NCBI GenBank assembly: GCA_002328825.1
Contig: DCWI01000097.1
Coordinates: forward strand, 1 to 60,587
DNA: 60,587 bases
Direction of reading: 5' to 3'
Origin: Nitrospiraceae bacterium UBA2166
Lineage (GTDB): Bacteria > Nitrospirota > Nitrospiria > Nitrospirales > UBA2166
A program made the position numbers and the translations under genes. The notes beneath the pieces are model-generated. The model did not search any database. It saw only the letters and a program-made list of their open reading frames with translations, and was not told the origin of the DNA. Shown one piece after another: positions 49,076 to 58,075 of this stretch. Within the stretch, counting starts at the first letter, position 1. Each line of letters begins with the position of its first letter.

Positions 49076-50260
49076 TCACGGAAACCTAAACTCTTGTTTC
49101 TGTATACTTCCCAAGCCTTGCTGCACAAGTGTCTCTTTATCTAAGGTTTCTTCAAATTTTCGGATTAGCCCAAGCTTCGGTCGAATGGCCGGATGTGCAG
49201 GCATAAATAGCGTGCAACAATCCTGATCTGGGATAATTGAAGTTTCATAGGTCCCTATAGATTTGGCTTGAGTGATTATTTCAATTTTGTCCATGGCAAT
49301 AAGTGGCCGTAGAAGAGGAAGTTGTGCTGCGTCTTCAATAACTGCAAGGTTGTCAGGAACTTGTGACGCAACCTGTCCAAGACTATCCCCAGTTATCAAG
49401 GCCCACGCGCGGTGTTGCCGCGCAATTTGTTCGGCAATCCTAATCATAAATCGCCTATAGAGGATAATACGAAAAGCAGGTGGGACACACAGTACAATCT
49501 GACGCTGAATGTCCCCAAATGGAACGAGATAGAGCATTGACTGATATTGATATTGGGTAAGGTGGGAGACAAGTTCTTCAGCTTTTTCTTGGGAGGCACG
49601 ACTAAGAAACGGATGGCTGTGGAAATGCACAAAAATCTGGCGGGAGCCTCGTTTCATCATGCGATAGGCTGCCACAGGGGAATCAATGCCACCGGAAAGA
49701 AGGCATACTGTTGTACCACTCATGCCTAGAGTGAGTCCTCCCGGCCCAGGCAGTCTTGCAAATGATACGTAGGCAGAGTCAATCAAGAGCTCAATATAAA
49801 TGGTGAGATCAGGATTAGTAAGATTGACTTTCCGTCCAGTGAGTTCTTGGATATATCCTCCCATTTCTCGACTAACATCCATTGATGTCTTGGGAAACCT
49901 TTTATCTCCGCGTTTAGTGGTGATCCGAAATGACTGGAATTGTTGCGAGTAAATTACAGATCCCAAAGCCTCTTTGAGGCTATCTAGATCTCCTGTGGGG
50001 TCTATGGAAGATGCAAATGCCAAAGAAAAGTTAGCAATACCAAAGACAGCAGATATTCGAAGTTGCAGAGATTTCCACAATTGTGAAATGTCAGTCCCAT
50101 TTTCAACTTGAAGACGGATTCTTCCTGGAAGCGAAGTTATGCTAATAATGTCCAGATCTCTGGTAGCCAGCTTGAGATTATTGATTAACTGGCGAACGAG
50201 AATGGATCGGTTTCGCCCTTTTAAAGCTAATTCGTGATAATGGGCGATGACACACCACAT
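49076..50260 (-). CDS. thiI: tRNA 4-thiouridine synthase / sulfur-carrier adenylyltransferase ThiI
   Basis: N-terminal ferredoxin-like and THUMP region plus PP-loop LLSGGIDSPVA. No rhodanese domain. Confidence 0.9.
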   Translation of the reverse strand: MWCVIAHYHELALKGRNRSILVRQLINNLKLATRDLDIISITSLPGRIRLQVENGTDISQLWKSLQLRISAVFGIANFSLAFASSIDPTGDLDSLKEALGSVIYSQQFQSFRITTKRGDKRFPKTSMDVSREMGGYIQELTGRKVNLTNPDLTIYIELLIDSAYVSFARLPGPGGLTLGMSGTTVCLLSGGIDSPVAAYRMMKRGSRQIFVHFHSHPFLSRASQEKAEELVSHLTQYQYQSMLYLVPFGDIQRQIVLCVPPAFRIILYRRFMIRIAEQIARQHRAWALITGDSLGQVASQVPDNLAVIEDAAQLPLLRPLIAMDKIEIITQAKSIGTYETSIIPDQDCCTLFMPAHPAIRPKLGLIRKFEETLDKETLVQQGLGSIQKQEFRFP

Positions 50261-50266
50261 CTGATG

Positions 50267-51187
50267 TCAGTGATCTTCTTGCTCGAGAAAACGTTCAACA
50301 TCAATTGCCGCCATACAACCGGATCCTGCGGCTGTCACCGCCTGGCGATAAACATGATCTTGAACATCGCCAGCGGCAAATACGCCTGGAATATTTGTCT
50401 TACTACCATCATGAGTTATCAAGTATCCCTGTTCATCCATATCGAGCTGATCCACAAAAAGCTTTGTAGTTGGCGTGTGGCCGATTGCGATAAATACACC
50501 AGAGCAAGGCACATCTGTAAGTGTATTGGTTTTTAGATTTCGCAACTTAACCCCTTGAACAATATTATCCCCATACACTTCTTCAACAACGGAATCCCAG
50601 ATGAATTTCACCTTTTTATTTCGAAATGCACGTTCTTGCATAATCTTTGATGCTCGCAGTGAGTCACGTCGATGAACAATCGTCACAGTCGAGGCAAATT
50701 TCGTCAAAAACGTTCCTTCCTCCATCGCTGAATCTCCACCACCAACAACAATCAGTTCTTTTTCCTTAAAAAATGCCCCATCACATGTTGCACAGGTAGA
50801 GACACCCTGTCCAAGATATTTCTGTTCAGAGTCAATATTAAGCATCAGTGCGGTAGCCCCAGTCGCAATAATGAGAGTTTGAGTTTCGATTTGTCGTTTT
50901 TCGGCAAGAGTGATCTTAAATGGACACGTTTTCAAATCAACCGATCGAACGTCTCCCGTCAAAAACTCAGCTCCAAAACGTGAAGCCTGCTCTCTCATAT
51001 TCTGCATAAGCTGTGCGCCCATAATGCCCTGAGGAAACCCCGGGTAATTTTCAACCTCGGTGGTGAGAGTAAGTTGACCTCCGGCTTGAAGGCCCTCAAT
51101 CACCAACGGTGAAAGGTTCGCTCGGGCACAATAGAGTGCAGCGGTGAGACCGGCAGGACCTGACCCAACAATAACAACTTTGTGCAT
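50267..51187 (-). CDS. trxB: thioredoxin-disulfide reductase
   Basis: GSGPAG FAD site, redox CATCDG and GGGDSAMEE NADPH site. Confidence 0.95.
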   Translation of the reverse strand: MHKVVIVGSGPAGLTAALYCARANLSPLVIEGLQAGGQLTLTTEVENYPGFPQGIMGAQLMQNMREQASRFGAEFLTGDVRSVDLKTCPFKITLAEKRQIETQTLIIATGATALMLNIDSEQKYLGQGVSTCATCDGAFFKEKELIVVGGGDSAMEEGTFLTKFASTVTIVHRRDSLRASKIMQERAFRNKKVKFIWDSVVEEVYGDNIVQGVKLRNLKTNTLTDVPCSGVFIAIGHTPTTKLFVDQLDMDEQGYLITHDGSKTNIPGVFAAGDVQDHVYRQAVTAAGSGCMAAIDVERFLEQEDH

Positions 51188-51228
51188 TATTCTTCCTCCA
51201 AGACTATATTAGTCAACTCGGAAATACT

Positions 51229-51837
51229 TCAAAGGTGAGGTACAAGTTGAAGCGTATTGTATGCTTTCTGAACTTCTCTTCTCAAATCTTCTAGTGGAAT
51301 TCTCGTATCAAAAACATACCCTGCATCGCGCCGTTTTTGTAAGAGAGGAAACTGCGAGTTTATTCGCTCCAATGCCTCAAAGCGGCGCAAATGATCTCTC
51401 TTTATAATCCGGCGTATCTGTGTCTCTTTGTCAACATAAGCAACAATGATGTGATCAAAATATCGCTGCATCTTGGTCTCAAATAAGAGAGGGATGTCAA
51501 ATATGAGCACTCCATTCGGATAATCTTTCGCAAGAATATTCGCGCGACGCTGATATTCGGCATAAATCCATGGATGAATGATAGCATTGAGCTGCTGTCG
51601 TTTCGGAGCATTGCTAAAAATAAGACTTCCAAGCCTTAGCCGGTCAATTTCACGGTTTCGCTTAACAATGTCTCCTCCAAATGTCCTAACGATTGCTCTC
51701 CAAACCTCAGAATCAGGACGCACGGCTTTCTTAGCTAGTGCATCTGCGTCGATGAGATGAGCTCCGCAGTTAACCATCAAACGAGCTACAAGACTTTTAC
51801 CGCTAGCAATGCCTCCTGTCAACGCAACCTTAACCAC
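51229..51837 (-). CDS. coaE: dephospho-CoA kinase
   Basis: P-loop LTGGIASGKS in a 202-aa protein. Confidence 0.92.
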   Translation of the reverse strand: MVKVALTGGIASGKSLVARLMVNCGAHLIDADALAKKAVRPDSEVWRAIVRTFGGDIVKRNREIDRLRLGSLIFSNAPKRQQLNAIIHPWIYAEYQRRANILAKDYPNGVLIFDIPLLFETKMQRYFDHIIVAYVDKETQIRRIIKRDHLRRFEALERINSQFPLLQKRRDAGYVFDTRIPLEDLRREVQKAYNTLQLVPHL

Positions 51838-51988
51838 AGTAGGGTCCCAAGAAATTCATGTGCATAGTTCCAAAAAATATATCAGGTGAGATTGATTGCT
51901 GGTACATCATGTATATCCTGCATCACCGTTTCCAATGCAGTCTTAAGATGCTATTTCAAATGACACCTGCGATATTTCAGCGTACCCA

Positions 51989-53659
51989 TTATTTAACCTC
52001 AAGCATTTCTTTAGCAGTTTTTTTGACTGCTGGTGTGATCTTCATGCCTCCTAACATCCGTGCAATTTCATTAATACGCGCCTGCTTTTCGAGTTGTACT
52101 ACTTGAGTGATCTCACGCTTCTGTTTTACGACCTTTCTCACTGAAAAATGGGCATCTCCGAGAGATGCAATTTGTGGAAGATGCGTAACGCAAAAAACTT
52201 GGTGGCGCTGTCCCAAAGCTTTTAGCTTTTTCCCTACTCGTTCTGCCACAGCACCACCAATGCCAGTATCAATCTCGTCAAATACGAGAATAGGAATCTG
52301 ATCCTCACGTGCAAGAACGGTTTTGATGCATAAGGTTACACGAGAGAGTTCTCCACCAGAAATAACATCGCTTAAGGCACGAAGTGGTTCTCCTGCCGAT
52401 CCGGAAAATAAAAACTGGACAGAGTCTTGTCCTGTTTCATTTAGGGCTTCCTCATCTTTTCTTTCAACAAAAACATTAAATGTGGCGTGTTTCATATGGA
52501 GATCATTCATCTCATCGTTCACACGCTTATCAAGATTCTCTGCAGTTTTTTTTCGCTGTGAAGATAAGCGCTCTCCTTGTGTATTTCGCTGCATTTGTAA
52601 GTCGTCTAGGGCTCTCTGCAGTTCTTTCTTTTTGTCCTCGCTTGAAGTTAGTCCATCAAGCGCGTTTGTGATCTTCTCTAAGTGGTTGCCTGCGCTTAGA
52701 ATTGATCCTCCATACCGCTTCTTTATCTTGTTGAGAAGGTCTAGCCTACTCTCCACGTGTTCAAGACGGTTAGGATTTGTATCAAGTTGTGCTCGATAAT
52801 CACGAACACGTTCAACTAGTTCTTTTAATTGTGCGGTAGCCCCCAGAAGAAGTTCCGCAGTATCAGAAAAGCAAGAATCAATGTTGTGTAGTCGTTGGAG
52901 CAGGTAATCAACGTGTCCTGCTTGTGAAAGAATAGAAGAATCATCTTCATACAGAATCAAGTAAAGTTCATTTGAGAGTTGAGTAAGAGTATGAGCTTGG
53001 GCAATTATTTGTCGTTCGCGTTCTAAGAGAGTATCTTCGTCCGGCTGAATAGCTGCTGATTCAATTTCCTCGCGCTCATGCTGTAGACGATCAGCTTCTT
53101 CCTTTAACTCCCTAGTTTGTTTCTCAAATATCGAAATATCCTGCTGGAGCTTTTTTGCAGCATGATAAGTATTCTGAAAGTTTTTTCGATCATCAAGAAG
53201 GTTCCCAGAAAAATCAAGAAGATTGAGTTGAGTGCCTGATTGAAAAAGCGACTGTGTATCGTGTTGTCCATGAATATCAACAAGAAATTTTCCAATATTC
53301 TTAAGTGTCGATAAGGACACTGCACTTTCATTAATTCGCACACGATGACGTCCTGAGAGTGGCAAAGTACGTCGAATCACAAGTTCTTCGGGATCATCTC
53401 CTAACAGATCTAATCTAGCAAGGATGCCTAGGAGTTCATCATTGTTCGCAGTCGAAAAAATTCCCTCGACAACACCTTCTGTCGAACCCGTCCTAATTTG
53501 TTCCGCTGAAAATCGTTCACCGATAAGCAAACCAAGGGCATCTACGAGAATTGACTTACCCGTGCCGGTTTCTCCGGTAAGAACGATGAATCCTTCTGGA
53601 AAAGTAAGGTGCAAATCATCAATAATTGCGATGTTCTGAATATGAAGTTCAAGAAGCAT
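51989..53659 (-). CDS. recN: DNA repair protein RecN
   Basis: MLLELHIQNIAIIDDL...LTGETGTGKS N-terminus, a long coiled coil and a C-terminal SGGELSRV signature. I set the start at the conserved Met (53659), not at the ORF-track 53710. Confidence 0.93.
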   Translation of the reverse strand: MLLELHIQNIAIIDDLHLTFPEGFIVLTGETGTGKSILVDALGLLIGERFSAEQIRTGSTEGVVEGIFSTANNDELLGILARLDLLGDDPEELVIRRTLPLSGRHRVRINESAVSLSTLKNIGKFLVDIHGQHDTQSLFQSGTQLNLLDFSGNLLDDRKNFQNTYHAAKKLQQDISIFEKQTRELKEEADRLQHEREEIESAAIQPDEDTLLERERQIIAQAHTLTQLSNELYLILYEDDSSILSQAGHVDYLLQRLHNIDSCFSDTAELLLGATAQLKELVERVRDYRAQLDTNPNRLEHVESRLDLLNKIKKRYGGSILSAGNHLEKITNALDGLTSSEDKKKELQRALDDLQMQRNTQGERLSSQRKKTAENLDKRVNDEMNDLHMKHATFNVFVERKDEEALNETGQDSVQFLFSGSAGEPLRALSDVISGGELSRVTLCIKTVLAREDQIPILVFDEIDTGIGGAVAERVGKKLKALGQRHQVFCVTHLPQIASLGDAHFSVRKVVKQKREITQVVQLEKQARINEIARMLGGMKITPAVKKTAKEMLEVK

Positions 53660-53806
53660 CCTAGATGTACCTACTGCAATAAATTTGGAGAGATGAATCA
53701 GAAACGACAACGCCCCCCTTCCAGCAATTTCGAAAGAGAGGCGTACGTCCTGAAATACAAAGATAGGGTCGTCTGGCGTGAGTAACGCGAATACCTCGTT
53801 AAGGCA

Positions 53807-54133
53807 TTAGGCTAAGAGCCGATCGATTGTTTCCTTAAACTTCTGCTTAGATTGCGCTCCAACAAGCTTATCGATAGGTTCGCCATCCTTGAAGAAGATT
53901 AAGCTTGGAATACTCATGACGTGAAATTTTGTCGCGATTTCAGGGTTTTCATCGGTATTCAATTTTAACACCTTTACCCGTCCATAGTACTCCGTTGCCA
54001 ATTCATCCACAATAGGTGCAATCGTTTGGCATGGACCACACCACACAGCCCAGAAGTCAACCATGACAAGCTCTGTGGCGTTAGAAACCTCAGTTTCCCA
54101 AGATGATGTCTCGACTGATATAGCATCTCCCAT
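53807..54133 (-). CDS. trxA: thioredoxin
   Basis: WAVWCGPC active site in a 108-aa protein. Confidence 0.95.
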   Translation of the reverse strand: MGDAISVETSSWETEVSNATELVMVDFWAVWCGPCQTIAPIVDELATEYYGRVKVLKLNTDENPEIATKFHVMSIPSLIFFKDGEPIDKLVGAQSKQKFKETIDRLLA

Positions 54134-54326
54134 AACTCATGTGCTCCTTCTGTCATGACTCTCGACGTACGTTCAAGTGAAGATGTATCGGGGTGATCGT
54201 ATCGTAGTATCTTTCTGACTGTCAACTTAGCTTAACCCCATAATAAACTCCTGAACAAGCGATAATTGATTGACTTTCACCCAACAGATTGCGATCATCG
54301 CCGCGCTCTCACAAGAGGCATATGTT

Positions 54327-55115
54327 ATGGAATGGTGGACAGCAATCATTTTGGGGATCGTTGAAGGGTTAACAGAATTTCTTCCGATCTCATCGACCGG
54401 ACACCTTATTGTCACTGGCCATCTTCTCGGATTTACGGGTGAAATAGCCTCAACGTTTGAAATAGCTATACAGCTTGGTGCGATTTTTTCCGTGATGTTC
54501 TACTATCGTGAGCGGCTTCTTAGTGTCATGACTACCTTCCCAAAAGAGGAAAAAAGTTACATGCTCATCATAGTCCTAGGATGTGCATTCCTTCCAGCTG
54601 CAATGATAGGATTGGCCACACATTCCTACATTACAGAGTATCTTTTCAGCCCTAAAACAGTAGCAGGTGCATTGATCATGGGCGGAATCGCCATCCTTAT
54701 TATTGAGCGCACTCAAACCAAATTTCATATCCATGATATCAGCGAATTACGAATTCGCGATGCCATATTAATCGGATTCGCGCAATGTCTTGCGCTTTTT
54801 CCCGGGGTTTCCCGCTCTGGCGCAACCATTATGGGTGGCTTGCTTATTGGATTGGATAGAAAAACAGCAACTGAATTTTCTTTTCTTCTCGCCTTGCCAA
54901 CAATGCTCGCTGCTACTAGTTACCAAATGTTCAAAAACAAACAGTTACTGCTCGAAGAAAACATTATTCCGCTTGGGATCGGAATCACCGTGTCATTTTT
55001 TACCGCACTCGTGGTGATTGATACATTTCTCAAATACATTACAACAAAAACGTTTACTCCGTTTGCTTACTACCGCATTATCTTTGGAAGTATCGTACTC
55101 TATCTGTTTTGGTAG
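54327..55115 (+). CDS. uppP: undecaprenyl-diphosphate phosphatase
   Basis: ILGIVEGLTEFLPISSTGH and PGVSRSG motifs. ATG 54327 has AAGAGG 8 nt upstream, whereas the ORF-track TTG 54270 adds 19 non-conserved residues. Confidence 0.92.
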   Translation: MEWWTAIILGIVEGLTEFLPISSTGHLIVTGHLLGFTGEIASTFEIAIQLGAIFSVMFYYRERLLSVMTTFPKEEKSYMLIIVLGCAFLPAAMIGLATHSYITEYLFSPKTVAGALIMGGIAILIIERTQTKFHIHDISELRIRDAILIGFAQCLALFPGVSRSGATIMGGLLIGLDRKTATEFSFLLALPTMLAATSYQMFKNKQLLLEENIIPLGIGITVSFFTALVVIDTFLKYITTKTFTPFAYYRIIFGSIVLYLFW

Positions 55116-55122
55116 CGGCTCC

Positions 55123-56175
55123 CTACTCGGCATTTCCTAAAATAGGCACCCAAGTCTCCGCTCCATCAGTCGACCGAAATAGTCCTCCACGGTTCATTCC
55201 AGCATATAGCAGCATTGAATCGTGAGGACTCATCACAAATGTCCGAACATTAAGATTTGTAAGGCCTCGATTCATCTCACTCCAGGTTTTGCCATGGTCT
55301 ATACTCTTATCAATGCCTGCACGATGCCCCACGTAAATTATATTTGGAGAGGTTGGGTCGATATTGATTCCCATAATAAGGTCATCTGACAATTTCCCTT
55401 CTCCTATGCGCACCCATGATTCTGCTGAGTCTGTGGTTTTGAAAAGGCCTTTAGTTGTTCCGGCGTACACAATTTCTGGCGTTGTAGGATCAATTGCCAA
55501 TACATTGACTCCTAAAGCCATTGAGGTGGCTGGATCATTTTCAGGAAGCATCCCTGCAATAGCTCTTTTCCACGGTTTTCCAGCTGTCGTTGTTCTGTAG
55601 ACTCCGCCACTCGTACCGGCATATAGAATATTTCGATTAGTTGGGTGGGCCACAATACTAACGACGAAGTGCACTTCTTTCATTCCTTCCATCCACTCAT
55701 TCCAATCACGACCACGATTTTCACTTCGATAAACTCCGACGGTAGAAGCAAGATACGCAATTTCTTGGTCACGAGGATCAAATGCAAATTGACCCACAAT
55801 CATGACGTGCGCTCTCAGGCCAGAATTGAATGGGTGCCAGGTTCGACCTGCATCTCCACTCTTGTAGACTCCATCACCATTGGTTCCTGCATAAACAGCC
55901 GAAGTCATTAGGGGATCAACCGCGAGAGCTGTTACACGGTCGCTTGTAAACGATTGGGATGTTTTTTCCCATGTATCTCCACCATCTCGAGTCTTATATA
56001 ATGTATTGTTGGACGCGACATAAAGAATTTTTTGATTCGTTGGATGCGTCGCAATAACAACTATAGTTTCTCCTCCTGGGATACAGCTCCCAAGCATCAG
56101 GACAAACACAGTGGCCATGATCCCTAAAACCATATGCCATCCAACACTTTTGTAGGGTTTAGCACAATAGTTCAT
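55123..56175 (-). CDS. BNR/Asp-box-repeat beta-propeller lipoprotein (Ycf48-like or sialidase-fold)
   Basis: Lipobox LMLGSC after a hydrophobic N-terminus. Six to seven repeats of YAGT..GG[VL][YF][KR][ST].D.G.[TS]W. Confidence 0.75.
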   Translation of the reverse strand: MNYCAKPYKSVGWHMVLGIMATVFVLMLGSCIPGGETIVVIATHPTNQKILYVASNNTLYKTRDGGDTWEKTSQSFTSDRVTALAVDPLMTSAVYAGTNGDGVYKSGDAGRTWHPFNSGLRAHVMIVGQFAFDPRDQEIAYLASTVGVYRSENRGRDWNEWMEGMKEVHFVVSIVAHPTNRNILYAGTSGGVYRTTTAGKPWKRAIAGMLPENDPATSMALGVNVLAIDPTTPEIVYAGTTKGLFKTTDSAESWVRIGEGKLSDDLIMGINIDPTSPNIIYVGHRAGIDKSIDHGKTWSEMNRGLTNLNVRTFVMSPHDSMLLYAGMNRGGLFRSTDGAETWVPILGNAE

Positions 56176-56485
56176 TTAGGAATTTTCCTCGGTATTTCTA
56201 TATGCGAATAACGTACAAGACGAGTTGGTAGATTGATCGTATTACACAGTAACGCTATGAGATATTGAAAATTGGCCGTGGACTTATCAGATGGACAAAT
56301 AATCAGAGATAAAAAGTTATTGCCCAAAATATGCACTGTTCGAGCAATCTCTCAAGCATGATCTCGAGGAAATGAAAGTAGATAACTCAAAAATGCATTT
56401 ATTTGGACTGCTCTCTTATTCGTTACCATAACCTAAATGCTACGCACACACGACAAAAGATTTAAGATATAGTGCCACGTTGGAG

Positions 56486-56995
56486 TTATTTCTTACGTGG
56501 GTCGGGAAGCCGGGATGCTAGGAGCCGAAGAAACTCAGGATTCACTGGATGCTGAAGGGCTTGTGCCTCATGAACATGCGACCACGCATCACTGTATTGT
56601 CCGATGTGAGCAAGATCGATGGCAAGATTAATATGTGCTTGTGGCAACGCCGGGTTTAATTCAATGGCACGCAGATGATGAGGAATTGCCTTCTCGGGTT
56701 CCCCTTGTTGTGCGAGTGCAAGGCCTAAATTGGCATGAGCTTCAGCCAAAGTTTCATCTTCGCCAATAGCGCGAAAATATTCGAGAGTCGCCGCGCCCCA
56801 TTTTCCAGATTTTTGGAGATCGAGACCAAGATGAAAATATCTCATCGCCAATGCTCGTGAATCATTTGCGCCAATAGAACTCCCTTGTTCTGGAGTCGTT
56901 TTTTCACTCAACTGAGTTTGGGCACCATAGGAGAGTCGATCACCCAGTGAAAGTGATATACTGACGATACATACAAGCAATATCCTCGATATCAC
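56486..56995 (-). CDS. TPR-repeat protein with signal peptide
   Basis: N-terminal signal-like segment followed by about three TPR units (AEAHANLGLALAQQGEPEKAIPHHLRAIELNP...). Starts 15 nt after the mazG stop. Confidence 0.75.
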   Translation of the reverse strand: MISRILLVCIVSISLSLGDRLSYGAQTQLSEKTTPEQGSSIGANDSRALAMRYFHLGLDLQKSGKWGAATLEYFRAIGEDETLAEAHANLGLALAQQGEPEKAIPHHLRAIELNPALPQAHINLAIDLAHIGQYSDAWSHVHEAQALQHPVNPEFLRLLASRLPDPRKK

Positions 56996-57010
56996 AGCAG
57001 TCCCTCCTTA

Positions 57011-57838
57011 TTATATTTTTTCTAGCGCCTGTTTAGCTTGCTTCCACAACAAGTCTAAGTCATCTAAAGTCATGTTTTTTATGTCGAGTCCTGATGCATT
57101 GATCTTCTGCTCTATGTAATGAAATCGATCAACAAAACGGTCGTTAGCGCCTTTTAAGGCCAGTTCAGGATTGACTCCGATAAAGCGGCCTAAATTAACG
57201 ACGGTAAATAACACATCACCAAGCTCTTCTTCGACTCGTCGAAGTCTCTTGATATTCTTTTCTTCCAATTGAGCCTGACTGAGCTCTTTGATTTCTTCAT
57301 CAAGCTTCTTCCAAACATCATCAACGCTTTTCCAATCAAATCCTGTCTTAGCCGCACATTTTTGAAGCTTAAACGATCGAAATAATGCGGGCATTGTTTT
57401 GGGCACAGTACCCAGTACTGAGTGATCTTTTTGCGTTGATTTCTCTTGTCGTTTAATTGCATCCCATTGGTTAGAGAGATCTTGCTCTGTTGTTGCAGCT
57501 CCATCTTGAAATACATGCGGGTGGCGACGAAGCAGTTTGGCATTTAAGTCAGTAAGTACTTCAGCAATAGTAAAAGCACCTTCTTCCGAAGCAAGCTGAG
57601 CATGTAAGAGTACTTGAAGAAGAAGATCCCCTAGTTCTTCTCGAAGAGAATGAACATCCTGAGTCTCAATTGCCTCTAAAACCTCGTGAGTCTCCTCCAA
57701 CAAGTATGGTCGCAGAGTCTCGTGCGTTTGTCGTTTGTCCCATGGACAGCCATTCTCTCCACGAAGGGTAGCGACAGTGCCGAGTAGCTCCTCAAATGAA
57801 ACATCAGGTTTCAGCGCTCCTCGTTTGCGTTCATTCAT
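57011..57838 (-). CDS. mazG: nucleoside triphosphate pyrophosphohydrolase MazG
   Basis: Tandem MazG domains with CPWDKRQTHETL...EETHEV...ELGDLL and a second EELGDVLF motif. Confidence 0.9.
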   Translation of the reverse strand: MNERKRGALKPDVSFEELLGTVATLRGENGCPWDKRQTHETLRPYLLEETHEVLEAIETQDVHSLREELGDLLLQVLLHAQLASEEGAFTIAEVLTDLNAKLLRRHPHVFQDGAATTEQDLSNQWDAIKRQEKSTQKDHSVLGTVPKTMPALFRSFKLQKCAAKTGFDWKSVDDVWKKLDEEIKELSQAQLEEKNIKRLRRVEEELGDVLFTVVNLGRFIGVNPELALKGANDRFVDRFHYIEQKINASGLDIKNMTLDDLDLLWKQAKQALEKI

Positions 57839-57919
57839 ATGCGGTAGAGTATCAGCATCGTAGTCTTAGCCTCCACAGCATGAAGGATGACGTGTCAAAT
57901 CAATCTCAATGTGATCTTC

Positions 57920-57945
57920 GAAAATTCTTCAAGTGAAACTTGAAG
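57920..57945 (-). terminator. candidate terminator downstream of pycB
   Basis: Perfect 8-bp stem CTTCAAGT/ACTTGAAG with a 3-nt loop, followed on the minus strand by AATTTTC. The U tract is short. Confidence 0.45.
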
Positions 57946-58075
57946 TTATGCAACGGTTCGCCACCATTTATCAGTATTCTACAAAAGAAGAACGCCTAAC
58001 TAAAAGCCCGCAAAAGAAAATAGCAGAAGGCGAGGTATCAAGAAAAGCTATGCGTGCGCCTACCCTACTTTCTGT

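Noticed and set aside
52323-52799. 158-aa plus-strand ORF inside recN
   Set aside because: It is the Ser/Phe/Leu-rich mirror of the E/K/L-rich RecN coiled-coil region, which makes it a shadow ORF.
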